A stretch of DNA of 64,000 bases from positions 6,758,001 to 6,822,000 of the forward strand of contig NC_135260.1 in the NCBI RefSeq assembly GCF_964204865.1, given 5' to 3'. Both the position numbers and the translations under genes were made by a program. Under the pieces are notes generated by a model that had not been told where the DNA came from, searched no databases, and saw nothing but the letters and a program-made list of their open reading frames with translations. The stretch's first letter is position 1, and every line of letters begins with the position of its first letter. Below are positions 39,342 to 51,100 of the stretch, in pieces. Origin of the DNA: Styela clava (taxonomy: Eukaryota).

Positions 39342-42300
39342 TCTAGTATTATAAAGACGCGGATAATCCTTTAGCCGCAGCAATTTGCAATTATTATGTA
39401 AAATGATTGGACTCCCTATGCAGTATATATTTTGTATTTTTACGTAATAATGGTGTTTACTTGACTTTTCACTTGTCTAGAGATGTTTGGTCTGAAAGAC
39501 CCGCGAATAATTCATGTATAACATAGTGTTGTGAAGAGTCTGTCAGAACTCATTCATTTTCAAGATAGATAAAGTCTGGAGAATATAATCGACGAATAGA
39601 TTGACTTTTACTTAGTTTAAAGTTATTAGGTTACGACTATATTTCATGTTTAAGTCTTTCATCGTCGTATTTCCACAGGCTGGAATATATACGATCACAT
39701 TTCATCAGTTATGTATGTTTCACTTTAGCAATTATCTGTATCCAAGTTCATAGGTATTACACTATTTTTGATTAATATTTGTTTTATTGCATTGAAAACT
39801 TTCAAGCGGTCTCCCTTTTTGCATATGTAATGAGTGATAATCAAACTTTTTTTTAAATTGTCGATTGGATACAGATGGGTAAAATGCAACATACAGTTTC
39901 CTAATTAAATATGCTCGCCAGTTTTGCAAAACACCCAGAAAATTACTGCCTGCTGCAAAGCAATGCATGAGAGTATGAGATACCAATAGTCAGATGACAC
40001 AAGTAGCGAACTTTATTGCAGCAGCAAAAAGTCTGATTGGTCAGATAAAATGCGGAGGGTATAGGATTTACATCCTCCACCCGCTGCCCTATATCCCTCC
40101 ATCCGAGGCCCTATCACCCTCAGCCTTCCTATTCTTCACCCGCTGCCTCCCTCAACCCACATATCCTCCACCCGCTGCCCTATCCCCCTCAACCTTCCTA
40201 ACCTCCACACGCGCTGCCCTCCTATCCTTGACTCACTGTCCTAACTCACACAACTTCCCTATCCCGGAACCACTGCCCTTTTTCACCAACCTTCTTAGTC
40301 TCGACTCACTGCCCTCTCCCCTAAACTTACCTATACTACATCATACCTTATCTAACCGTGCTTTACCCACGTTCCAATCGTCAAACGCAACCTTGTTCGC
40401 TCGTGATTAGGCAAACTCTCAGGTTTTATACGGCTCGAGTATGCCAATGAGATGATAGAAGCCTACGTCGACGAAACAAGCCCACAAGGTCGGCGGCATT
40501 CGCGATATATTATTATGGATATATCTGAATATGAAACAAACGTATAGCTTCAGTGAGTGTAAATGATGACAAAAATGTTTGAAATCTTTGAAAGACGTTT
40601 ATTTACATCATTTGCCAAACCATTTAAATGTAGGTTTCAGGCCCAAGTGGTATCCAATCGCCATAATTGGTAGCTTAAACATTTGCTACTTGATTTCTTG
40701 CAAATGATGTTCATTAATGTGTAGACACGTCTGTTTTAAATACACTAACGCCTGCAAACACTGAACGTGTAACCGCTGACTCGATTCAGAAAATTTATAG
40801 CACGATCCAGAAGTCTATCGCAGGAGTCACTCCATTTTTTCTTCTTATTACGGATCAGGACGACAAGTCGGTAATCCAGGCAAATGCCTTCAAACCCATA
40901 TGCCGACGGAAGTTTTATAGATTATTTTCTTTTGAGTTGAGATCACCATTGTCTATTCTATACAACGTAATGGGGTTGACTTCCTTTCACCATATCCGCT
41001 ACATGTGGGGTGGTATTACCAGGTTTGCTGTGTTTTCACGCCATCAACTGGGCGATTAATACGAGGGATTTTAGAGGCCAAATTGAATGTCCAAAGAAAC
41101 GAAAATCGAAATTTGATTGTATGGGGTCCGATTGTATGCAAGGAGCTTCGCTCAGTAGGGACACTGTAATTGCTTATCGACCTCTCTATCTAGCTGTAAT
41201 CTTGTTGACTTTATTTGCCCACCTGTAGATTGCAGGAACTTGTCACGGCAGCTTGCGTTTGGGTTGTGGACCCATGTCCAGTGGTGGGATTCAATTTTTT
41301 TGTCGGCCGGTTCCATCACAAAAGCCATATTTTTCAGCCGTTTCTGTTACAAAAAGTCATTGACAGTAACCAGTAATGCTAACCGATTCGCTGATCTCAT
41401 AAAATTCCGTGAGACGGTTCTATAGAACCTGTGCTAACCGACTAAATCCCATCACTGCCCATGTCCCTTCACGGCCCTCGACAGACCCTTGATGTTTCCC
41501 CGAGCATCGACTTCCTTGTTCATTTTGTAACATTTGCCAATCAGCAAGATGCAAAAGGTGACGTAACAATAGACTCGTTGGCATCCACTCGGACACTCCT
41601 GTCACTCTGACAGATTTTCAGTCGTGGTTTCAAACAATACCTGGTTTTTTCGATTTTGAAAGCTATTCGTCAGTTTTTGGTCGTTATTCCGAAATTTAAG
41701 TATGAATCAAGTCAATCAAACTGTTGCTGTGTACGTTTCTCGTGCTAAAATGAACGTCGAACGTGCATTTTGCGCTAATAGACAAGTCACGTTAACTTTT
41801 GTACTGCTTACATGCGGATATTCATGACAGCCACTGTATTGCTAACAGCTAACCGGTATGTTAGTCGTTGCAGCTAACCTCAGGATAGTTGTCTAGAAAT
41901 CTTGTATATTTTATATTTGTTTTGCTATGATGTTCTTGATATATATTCTGCAATATAGAATTTAATATACAAGACTTCAGAAATGTAGAATTTATATTGT
42001 TGAATAAATTGAATGGATTTCCCAACTTTTGGGAATTTATTGTATTGCATTGACAAAAATATTTGTCCGGCCCGTTTCAACACCGTTTGAGCATATTTAC
42101 GGTTTGAGTCATACCTGGTCCGCGGTCAAAAAAGTTTGGTGACCCCTGTCTGATGTTACAAACACAGTAAAACAACCTAACTGTGACAATATGAGCATGA
42201 CGACGAATTTGGTCAAGTGCGGGAACTTTTAAGGTAAAGATAATGAAAAGAATTCCTGCCTAAAAGAAAACGTGGCTTGCTGCATCGTGTCAAGCGTTGG

Positions 42301-42671
42301 ATATAGTCTAGGGCTCTAGGCTAAGCCTACGTGAGCCATATACCCTTTGATTATCCTGCGCGGGAGCTTACAGACATTTTTGCCTGGCCTAGGATAAAGC
42401 CGAAAAGCTATACATTCTGACATTAAAATTTGAGAAAAAATTATCTGAAATATGTCTGTGTAAAATGCAATGTTCTTATTAATATTTACAATAAACATGA
42501 GAAATGTTATATTGATAATAGGCTTTAAGTTTATAGGGGGAAGTTTCCTGAGTTCAAAGGCCGGGGAAACATTGATCACGCGTAAAGGCCGTACTAATTA
42601 TTTTTCAGTTGCGATGTAGGCTCTGATTTTATGAAAATTAAGGTCGCGAAAAAAAGTTTGGGAACAAATGA

Positions 42672-43110
42672 GGTATGGGATTAGTTAGTGGAGGAAGCCG
42701 TAACCAACCAGCGTTCACGTGAACCACTCGACAGCGACGAGGAGTCCAGCAATCCTCGCGCACATGATTACCCCCCCCCCCTCCCTCCCGCGCGATTCGA
42801 ACCTGCGAACACACGCAGGTATTCAGCGGCTCGAACGCTTAGTCACCATATTTGAAAAAGCAAAATCCCGGACAGTGCATAACTATTTTCATGACCTTGT
42901 AGTAAAAAATATGCGCACGGTACGAAATAACAATGTTCTGTAATAGCAGTGTGCACAGTACGACTGCAGATGCAGTAAAATTTCGGACATTTGAGCATTT
43001 TTTAAATTCTTCTCGGACGCAAAATTTAACTCAAAATTCCGGACAAGTCCACAATTTCTGGACGGTATGGCAACACTAGCTTAGGGCGATGCACCGCCGG
43101 GCGCCGAGCC
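42672..43110 (-). mobile_element. tRNA-derived SINE with a nested hAT-like MITE (~42840-43078)
   Basis: The minus strand has B-box GGTTCGAATC at ~42794-42803 and an A-box-like GC-rich head at ~43080-43110. The insert has TAGTCACCATA / TATGGCAACACTA ends. Confidence 0.6.
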
Positions 43111-43203
43111 TTAAGAAACACAAATTTATCTAAAATGGTGGTTTCCCCCAACAGACTTAGTAGTTCAGAAACATTACTACATTAAGGTTACCTGTGCAAA
43201 GTT

Positions 43204-43281
43204 AGGGTCTGGTATAGTTTAGTACCACATATACTTCTAGTGGGCATGTGGATGATGTGGTACTAAACTATACCAGACCCT
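43204..43281. repeat. Perfect 27-bp inverted repeat with a 24-nt spacer
   Basis: AGGGTCTGGTATAGTTTAGTACCACAT (43204-43230) is the exact reverse complement of 43255-43281. Confidence 0.9.
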
Positions 43282-43879
43282 TCACAAAGTCCCAATTTTA
43301 TATCTCACTATTGATAACAAAAGAATAATTGCATTCAATTCAACAGTATCTAGTCTATATAAAGGATCTTGAAATTAAATAATATGCAAGAATCCTAATT
43401 TATAACAAAATGTATTCTAGTTAATTTTAATATAATACCTAAACAAACAAAATTTTTTGTGTGAATTTCCAAGACATGAAAATATGTGAAACAAACTCTG
43501 GTTCTCCATTATATAATAAACACATTTCATTCCCCAGTTCCCTATTTCATTCACTATTTCTGTCTTCGCACAATCCCTACCTTTGTCAGATTGTGGAAAC
43601 CCATTTCCAGCCCCCAGTACGGTAATTTGTTTGTAATTCCTCTTTTAGTCAGTTCAGTTGTGAGAATATAATTTTACCAACTTCTGATTACCAAATACCA
43701 ACAAAATTCAGAAATTTGTTCCATCCATGTTTTGGGGGTTGGACCCCCATTTTTTTGAAATGTCCTCTAGGATCGAAATCTTATCGTAATACTATAATAT
43801 GGGGTATGCCAAAAAACATTGTAATGCAATTGATTCAGATTACTAAGATCCTACCTAAGGTCAGTAGGTATTACTAATT

Positions 43880-46159
43880 ATGAAGGTTGGCAATGCATTC
43901 ATGCCACTGGGTGAAAAGCATGTGAAATCGAAAGTTAAACTGTTATCATGGTCACCGAGGCTGGATTTATTAGCAGTGGCCACAGCTACTGGCGAACTAC
44001 TATTGTATCGCTTAGTTTCAAAAGAAAGAATTTGGATATTACCTGTTCCTGAGAGCGGTACAAACATACTTTCTTTATCATGGAGACCAGATGGCAAAGT
44101 CATTTCTGTTGCCTATGATTGCACCAAGGATAATATAAAATTTATTTACATGGAAAAAGCAGAAATACTTTGGAAATTTTCATCTCCAAAAACAGAACTT
44201 ATAAAATGGTTTGATATGAATTTTCCTCAATTAAAAGACATTTCACATAAGAATAGGGGCCTAAATAGTGAAGAATATCTTCCCAAAGTACCAGAATTGC
44301 ATATTGAAAATGAAGAAAAGACTGGCAATTTGATGTATGCTGTTAATGATGAAAATTTCTATGTTTTACTATCATGCGACTCCAATTGTAATGTGACTAT
44401 TTTGGTCAATGGAATATTCCCGATAGCTCGAGTTACATGCCATGATCAATCATCACATCCACATTGCATTCTCGGAATGCAAATATCTCCCAATATAGAC
44501 AGTCTCACAGTTGTATACTCAAAACATATCTCCCATTCTACAGAAACATGGGCAACAATTTATAATCTTAAGGTTTTGACTGAAAATATTGAACTTTATT
44601 ATGCTGCAGCACATAAAGCATATAAGGTATTAACACTCGACCAATATTTGAATATTATTTTTGAAAGTATCAGCGAAAAATGTGACACTGTAACCCAGGA
44701 AGTTGATTCACAGTTAACAAGTTATTTGGTAAAAAGTAGCTCATCTGAAAATATTGGTGATGACTTTCTCCAGCTTTTAATTTGGGGAAAACCAACGGAT
44801 TCTTTGAAAAATATATTGACAAGACATTTTACTAAAAAGGATATTAAAAAGTTGGGCATTCTTATTGAATCGTCTTATACAAGCATCCAGCAGCAATTGA
44901 TAGTTAATTTTCAAACTGGTTTGATGTCACTTTACTATCATTTAACTGAGCTTAGAGGAATGGCTGTTGATAACAAAAATGTTCTTCCATTTGAGATTTC
45001 TGATGTTGAACATTTATTATCCACAACTGGTTCATTAATGCTTAAAGTTTCTGAAATGCTCCAAGTCATTGACACAAGTCTAAAAAACTTCAAAGCTTTT
45101 TTCCGTTGGCTGTATTGCTCAATGTTGAAAATGCAGGCCGAGCCAGTCGACGATATGGGCCAATCGTCTGGAAATGATGTTGCACTGGTAGCTGATTTCA
45201 TTTACGAACATCTAGTATCAAGGAGACAGACAGATTTGAAAAAAGGAAAACAATTTCATTTGGAGAAAGTGTATCAGTATCTAAAAGATGAGCCGCTAAC
45301 TCAACTAGCAAAGACTACTCAAAATGAATGGACCAATTTTGTTGCAAGCAGTAGTATATTATCAAACAGTAAGTTGATAATCCATCCTCAGCCAGAGTCA
45401 TCACTGAGACAAATTTTTAATCGAATGACAAATCAGTTGTTAAAACTTGTAAGTTTATCTGGAGAGTCCATAAACTGCAATGTCTCGCATAAAATCCAAC
45501 TTGATAAAACTGTTGGCAATTTCAGACCAAAAGTACAACTTTGGATCAAGGAGAGTACAAATGCTGGTATTACTATGGGAGTCGATGAAAACCCTGAAGG
45601 ACATGGAATATATTTATTGATTTCAAATAAACACTCATCTGAAAAAGCAGATTTATTTTTCCTTGGTTCAAAACAAGTTGATTTGAACTCTATGAGAGCA
45701 ATGAAGATTCACTTCAATAAATTTGAATCTCTGCCGAATGTTGAAAACACAGAAACGACAGAACAAATCCTTGAAATATTCGATTTTGACTGGTATGATG
45801 AAAACACAATGACTTTTATACTTGGTGAAAAGCTACTTGAAAAACGATCTAAAACATTTCTCGTACAGACTGTAATGTCAGACATGATTGTAAAATTAAA
45901 CACAATTGGTGTTGGACCATCCCCATTACCATTTCAAACAGGATCATTCGTAGATCAACATTTTCCTCAATGTAACGCATCTGAATTCAGTAACGACATT
46001 CGAGATTTAGGTAGTAAAGTGAGTGGTATGTATGTAGCGTCATCTGGGGGCCGTAAAGTTTCATGCGTGTTATCACAGGACTCTCATCACATATATCCTT
46101 TCCTCATGGATCACACAGAAGAAGATGAGGATTATTATGAAGATGATGGCGAAGAATAG
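43880..46159 (+). CDS. ANAPC4: Anaphase-promoting complex subunit 4, intronless CDS, 759 aa
   Basis: Motifs WSPRLDLLAVA, LYRL...W, LSWRPDGKVISVAY (ANAPC4 WD40), LYYHLTELRGMA and LQVIDTSLKNFKAFFRWLY, plus an acidic C-terminus. Confidence 0.93.
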   Translation: MKVGNAFMPLGEKHVKSKVKLLSWSPRLDLLAVATATGELLLYRLVSKERIWILPVPESGTNILSLSWRPDGKVISVAYDCTKDNIKFIYMEKAEILWKFSSPKTELIKWFDMNFPQLKDISHKNRGLNSEEYLPKVPELHIENEEKTGNLMYAVNDENFYVLLSCDSNCNVTILVNGIFPIARVTCHDQSSHPHCILGMQISPNIDSLTVVYSKHISHSTETWATIYNLKVLTENIELYYAAAHKAYKVLTLDQYLNIIFESISEKCDTVTQEVDSQLTSYLVKSSSSENIGDDFLQLLIWGKPTDSLKNILTRHFTKKDIKKLGILIESSYTSIQQQLIVNFQTGLMSLYYHLTELRGMAVDNKNVLPFEISDVEHLLSTTGSLMLKVSEMLQVIDTSLKNFKAFFRWLYCSMLKMQAEPVDDMGQSSGNDVALVADFIYEHLVSRRQTDLKKGKQFHLEKVYQYLKDEPLTQLAKTTQNEWTNFVASSSILSNSKLIIHPQPESSLRQIFNRMTNQLLKLVSLSGESINCNVSHKIQLDKTVGNFRPKVQLWIKESTNAGITMGVDENPEGHGIYLLISNKHSSEKADLFFLGSKQVDLNSMRAMKIHFNKFESLPNVENTETTEQILEIFDFDWYDENTMTFILGEKLLEKRSKTFLVQTVMSDMIVKLNTIGVGPSPLPFQTGSFVDQHFPQCNASEFSNDIRDLGSKVSGMYVASSGGRKVSCVLSQDSHHIYPFLMDHTEEDEDYYEDDGEE

Positions 46160-46736
46160 ATGGAAGTTTCCTCCTCACATAATCATCCCCACTGAATTTG
46201 AACCTCTAAAGTCGTATGGACTGTTGAACAAACAGCAGTGTTATGGAAAATGAATTCCTACCTCTTAGCAAGATGACCAAACTGTTTTAGGTAATCGTAT
46301 AGCTACAATTTCATTTCTGTTTAAATTTTTTGTGGGACATCTTTTGATTAAATCTGAATACAAAATTCACTAGACACCTTACTTCAACACTTGTTGAGAT
46401 CTCAGAGGTTGCAATGTTATTTAGGTTTTCAAGCAAGATCTAGGCAAAAAATTAGACTTGAGGTTGATTGCATTGATGTGGTCGTCTAACGAGTGAATTG
46501 AATAGTCCTATTTCATTTAAACAATTTTACTGTTCACTGACCACCAAATGCGTTTCTCACTTCCTATTATAAGTGTCCGTTGCCGCAAAGATGCTTGAAG
46601 TAGTCAGTATGAAAGTGAGATATAAGAATAGCACAACATTTTCTGCGAAATATATTGAAATATTGGTTACGTGGGGCTAACGACCTATCCTTCATCTATG
46701 CTTTTGCACTGGTGGATCAGGTAGTATAATACATTT

Positions 46737-46962
46737 GCGCTAGTTCGAAATTGTGGGATAGTTATTATGAGGATTGCTGTAGGGTGGTTCACGTGACCAC
46801 TGGTCTGTTACGGCTTCCTCCACCATCAAGTCCATGCTTACGAAAACAAATAACTGAAATGCACCCGACAGACTGGTAACCGAACGAGAGGCCATGGTCT
46901 GCCATATGTTAAACCGTCTTATCGACTTTCCTCTCCCACAGGATAAATATGTAAATCCTATC
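46737..46962 (+). mobile_element. tRNA-derived SINE
   Basis: B-box-like AGTTCGAAA, core GTTACGGCTTCCTCCACCATCAAG, and tail GGATAAATATGTAAATCCTATC. Confidence 0.65.
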
Positions 46963-48177
46963 ATTTTCCTAATGCTCCATTCTTAAACACTCAATGGTTA
47001 AGTCAGATCTACCAAAGAAAAATGAGCCAGTTTTATATTTTTGAAAATTCACTTTTATGTGCCTCCAGGCCACAGTCTTAAACAACAATGAATTTAGTAA
47101 CCTATATATGGTTGGATTATGGGGCTCATTTGGGGAGTTTTGTAGCAGGGTAGTATGTATGATAAGCCCTGTAAAACGTTTATGAAATCGTCAACACAAT
47201 TTCAATCAGTGGGATTCAGTAAGTCACAGATTCACTGGTTACTTGTGAACACGTTCTTGTTTTGTTACAACGAACTGCATGGATAGATTAAATAAGCGAA
47301 GTGAGAAACAACATTGCGCACATATATAGCTTGGATGAGTCTTAACAGCAAAGCGAGTCCATGGAGAACTTCTCTTAGATATCAGTGACTGCCTGTACAT
47401 GGTCTTGTTTGGAGCGAAAGGAGCGTCCCACATTAAAATAGGTTTGTTTTACTGATGATGGCAGTTTTAGGGCGTAATGGTTGTTGAATAATAAAATTTT
47501 GAAAATGACCAGCGCGTAATGTCCTAATGAGAAAAGTTTTAACAGAAAAAAAAACAGGACCAAACAATAAAAATACTTGAGGATCTGGTACATTTACAAA
47601 TGAAGTGCATAAATTGTTTACATCCAGTGAGCAATATGCTTAAATGTATAATACAAGGTAAAATACAAAAAGGTCGACAAATGATAAGGTTTTTGACCCC
47701 AGATAAGGAGGAGGTGTTTATATATTGTAGTTTGAAAAGAATTAGAAATATAAAAGATAAAATGTACAGATAGATGACATGATAATTTCAATTTAATAGA
47801 CAGTAAATGATCGTTTGAAAATGATAAAAACAAATAACTCTTTTGAATACTAATACAGTATTTGATACATGGAAAATACAGAGAAATGGGTTTACTGATT
47901 TATATGTATTGTCTATACTTTACATAAATGATTCTATTATTATCAACTTACTCATTTTAAAAAATACAAATTTTTTGATGAATTGTGAAATACACAGTAT
48001 TTACTCTTAGTTGTATTGTGAGATACACATAGAAAAATAAAAGAGAACAAAATAATAGTAAGCACTATCTATAAACACACATAGAAAAAAATTTCAAACT
48101 GTTCCCTGAGTATTCCATTATTATCTTCAGAATGATAGCAGAAGTATCATCGCAAGTTAACCATTACTTGCTGACTT

Positions 48178-51100
48178 TTAATCTCTAGCTACAACTTTCA
48201 ATTTGAATTCTTTGATAGGACGAATACCCAAAGCAAACGACAGTTCCAGCGGTGGTTTCTAAATTTAACGAAGATTAGTGACATCATTGCCTATATTAGC
48301 ATGTTACTAGTCAGTGGTTCAGGCTCCTAAACCTAGGCTTGTGACTTTGTGAGACTCAGATTAGATGAGTCTGGGTTCAAGTCATTTTCATTTAGTTGAC
48401 CTTAGTATTTGATAAATGGTGATCGATGACTTGACCTGTCCCAACACTGTTACTACAAAATAACTATCAGAATCTGATATATTTGTATTGTAGTTACTTA
48501 CTACAAAAGAGGATTTTACACTTGCAGATGTTGCAGTGGGTACCATTAAATTTAGAATTTTACATACCGGTAATTCATCACACTGACCAGATAATTCAGA
48601 ATATCAATTTTACATGGGATCGAAATAAAAAGCAAGAGTCATTCTCATGCCATGTCAATATTTTCTCATTTTATTAATTTTTTTCTGTTCAATGATTGTC
48701 GCAATGTGAAAAACATACTCTTCATTAAATTGCTGATGCACAGAGCATGATGAGACACAAGTCAAGTGAAATGATTTTTGAACTGAAAAAACTAATCTAA
48801 ATGAGCAAATTTCTTTCTGAAAGACGAGACACCACTCATGAAAAACGAAGTCATTTTCATTTTTTAGGTTCAAGCCTCACCATACTGATGTTACAGGACA
48901 AATTCATCCAGATGATAAAAACAAAAGTTTATACTTACAGGTGTGTCTTCAGAGGGCATAATCTTGAATTTATGTAAAATTTGACAAAAAGCCATTTTGA
49001 TTTCCATTTCAGCAAATCTCAATCCAATGCAGTTACGAGGTCCCGCACCAAATGGTTGAAACACCATCGGATCAATTTGTGACATGTCTTCCATTCTAAA
49101 AAACATATTCCGAGTTTTAATTGAGTGAGTGTTGTGATATAATGTCCTAGAATGTAAGACTGTTTTGATTTATTTATTGCAATAATACACAACATGTTTT
49201 TACAGAGTAGCCATTTTTCAATAAAAATAAAATTATTTTGTTCCTCAACCATTTATTGGATGTTCATATTGACTTCAGAGTGAGGGAAGGAGATTTCTAC
49301 GGTCAATAAGACAACCACAGCCTCATTCGATTACCAGTCCATGTATGGAAATAGTCAACTAAAAACTTGTTTCATATGCATTACCTTGATGGTGTAGCAA
49401 GCTATGACAAAATAATGGTTATGTCCTACGGCAGCAAGGAGTTCAACATACCCTTGCGGCACATAAATAACAAATGATACAAACCTGCCAACCCGGGATA
49501 TATAGTCAGAGAGATGTCAAAAAATGTATCAACAATTGAGCCACCTTGCTGCACACATAACACATGATATGTCGCAAGATTTATTGTTTACCTGTCAGGT
49601 ATAAACTCCCATGGTTTGTCCCAAAACTCTGGATCATGAGCAAGACCGAATGTAGGAAATTGCACTGTTACACCTTTAGGAATTGTAAAACCATTCACTG
49701 TGGTTTCTTTTCTGCAGACTCTGGAATTTCTACAAACACAGAACAAAAATTGAGATAAACAACAAGATAAAATAATAAATCAATCCTAAATAACTAGCTC
49801 ATATACTTTTGTCCGAGCAAACTGTCAATTTACTGCTGTCTAAGACATATACCGGTAGTTCAAAAATATTCAAATCCAATTTAGCACTGTTTTGCATTAT
49901 ATTTAAGGCATGAAGATGATAAAAACATTTGATACTGAGAAAAAAGTAAAGTCAAAACTTGTTTGATGGACACAAGACAAAAAAATACTTCTACTATTTA
50001 CTAATGGACAAGATGGATGATTGTCAATAAATATAAAATACTCACACTATAATTGGCATATATAGTCTCAATGATTCATTCAAACACATGCTGAGATATT
50101 TCATATTATTGACACTTTCATAGTCGAATCTTCCCTAAAATACAATAACATTGAAATTAGAAGTTGAAAAAAGATTTCAAAAAAAAAATTTGATTTATAA
50201 AAGCGAGTTGATAAAAAGAATTTCGAATTTACTATCCTGGAACCCTTACCGATATATTTTACAAGAAAATTGTTAAAAATGAGAAAAACACATGAAAGTT
50301 AGTAAACCAATCACCTGCTAACAAAAAAACAGGCAATTATTAATGCAGGTACCAGATAGAGATTAACAATTTAAGGTAGTTAAAATCACCATAGTCAGGA
50401 CGTAGCTCGCTAGCAAAATAATAACAGATAAAATTCACTTCTCTCACACACTCCTGGTGAGCACATAGTTTCAACATACCTTTGCTTGAGAAGCTTCATC
50501 CATTTCTTTTCTAAGTTTATCTTGGACATCTTGATGAATTGCAAGATTATAAGCAAGAAAAGTCATTGTATTTGCTGTATTCTCGAACCCAGCTCCAATC
50601 ATGAGCATTGCATTCCCAATCAACTCTTGTCGGTTCAAACCTGGCACAAGAAAGCTAAAGTCATTAAGCGTTCCAAAAAAGTAGACAGTCTGCTGTTTTT
50701 TAGTATAACCAAATATTAGATCAGGTTTGTAATTGCATTCAGTTTTGTTTATGTTGATAATCTTTTAATCTCGAAAAGTAACTGAAATGTGCAAAAGGTG
50801 ACTCTAGTTCTCATGACCAGTAAAAACTCCACAAAGTCCAAACTCCAACTTGACTGATCAGATTGCAAGACACCGAGAAATGAGTCAAACAAAACAATGC
50901 ACAAAAGTTGAATCACCAAACCACATTAGTCAGAATAAATCAGATCAATTTGTGCTCTACATTTATTTCATTTAAAGGTTCCTACTTATGACTCAATTGT
51001 TAATTTTTTCAATCCTATTTGATTTATTTCACTAAACTGATACTGTTACTAGTCATTTTGAAATTTCCCAAAATTTAAAATATTTCCCGATATTAACTCA

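Larger units (their letters stand above)
25450..41777 (+). repeat. Tandem segmental duplication, unit B
   Basis: Colinear with unit A, with extra or replaced sequence at ~25770-29150 and 29674-30135. Confidence 0.9.

Noticed and set aside
39994-40410. 138-aa Pro/Leu/Ser-rich ORF
   Set aside because: It arises from a C/T-rich low-complexity repeat and is not open in the unit A copy.
42780-43110. tRNA gene suggested by the GGTTCGAATC B-box
   Set aside because: No cloverleaf; it continues into the SINE body and is interrupted by a MITE.
46469-46552. Imperfect hairpin downstream of ANAPC4 (miRNA- or SECIS-like)
   Set aside because: Pairing is short and interrupted, there is no in-frame UGA in the gene, and nothing else supports it.
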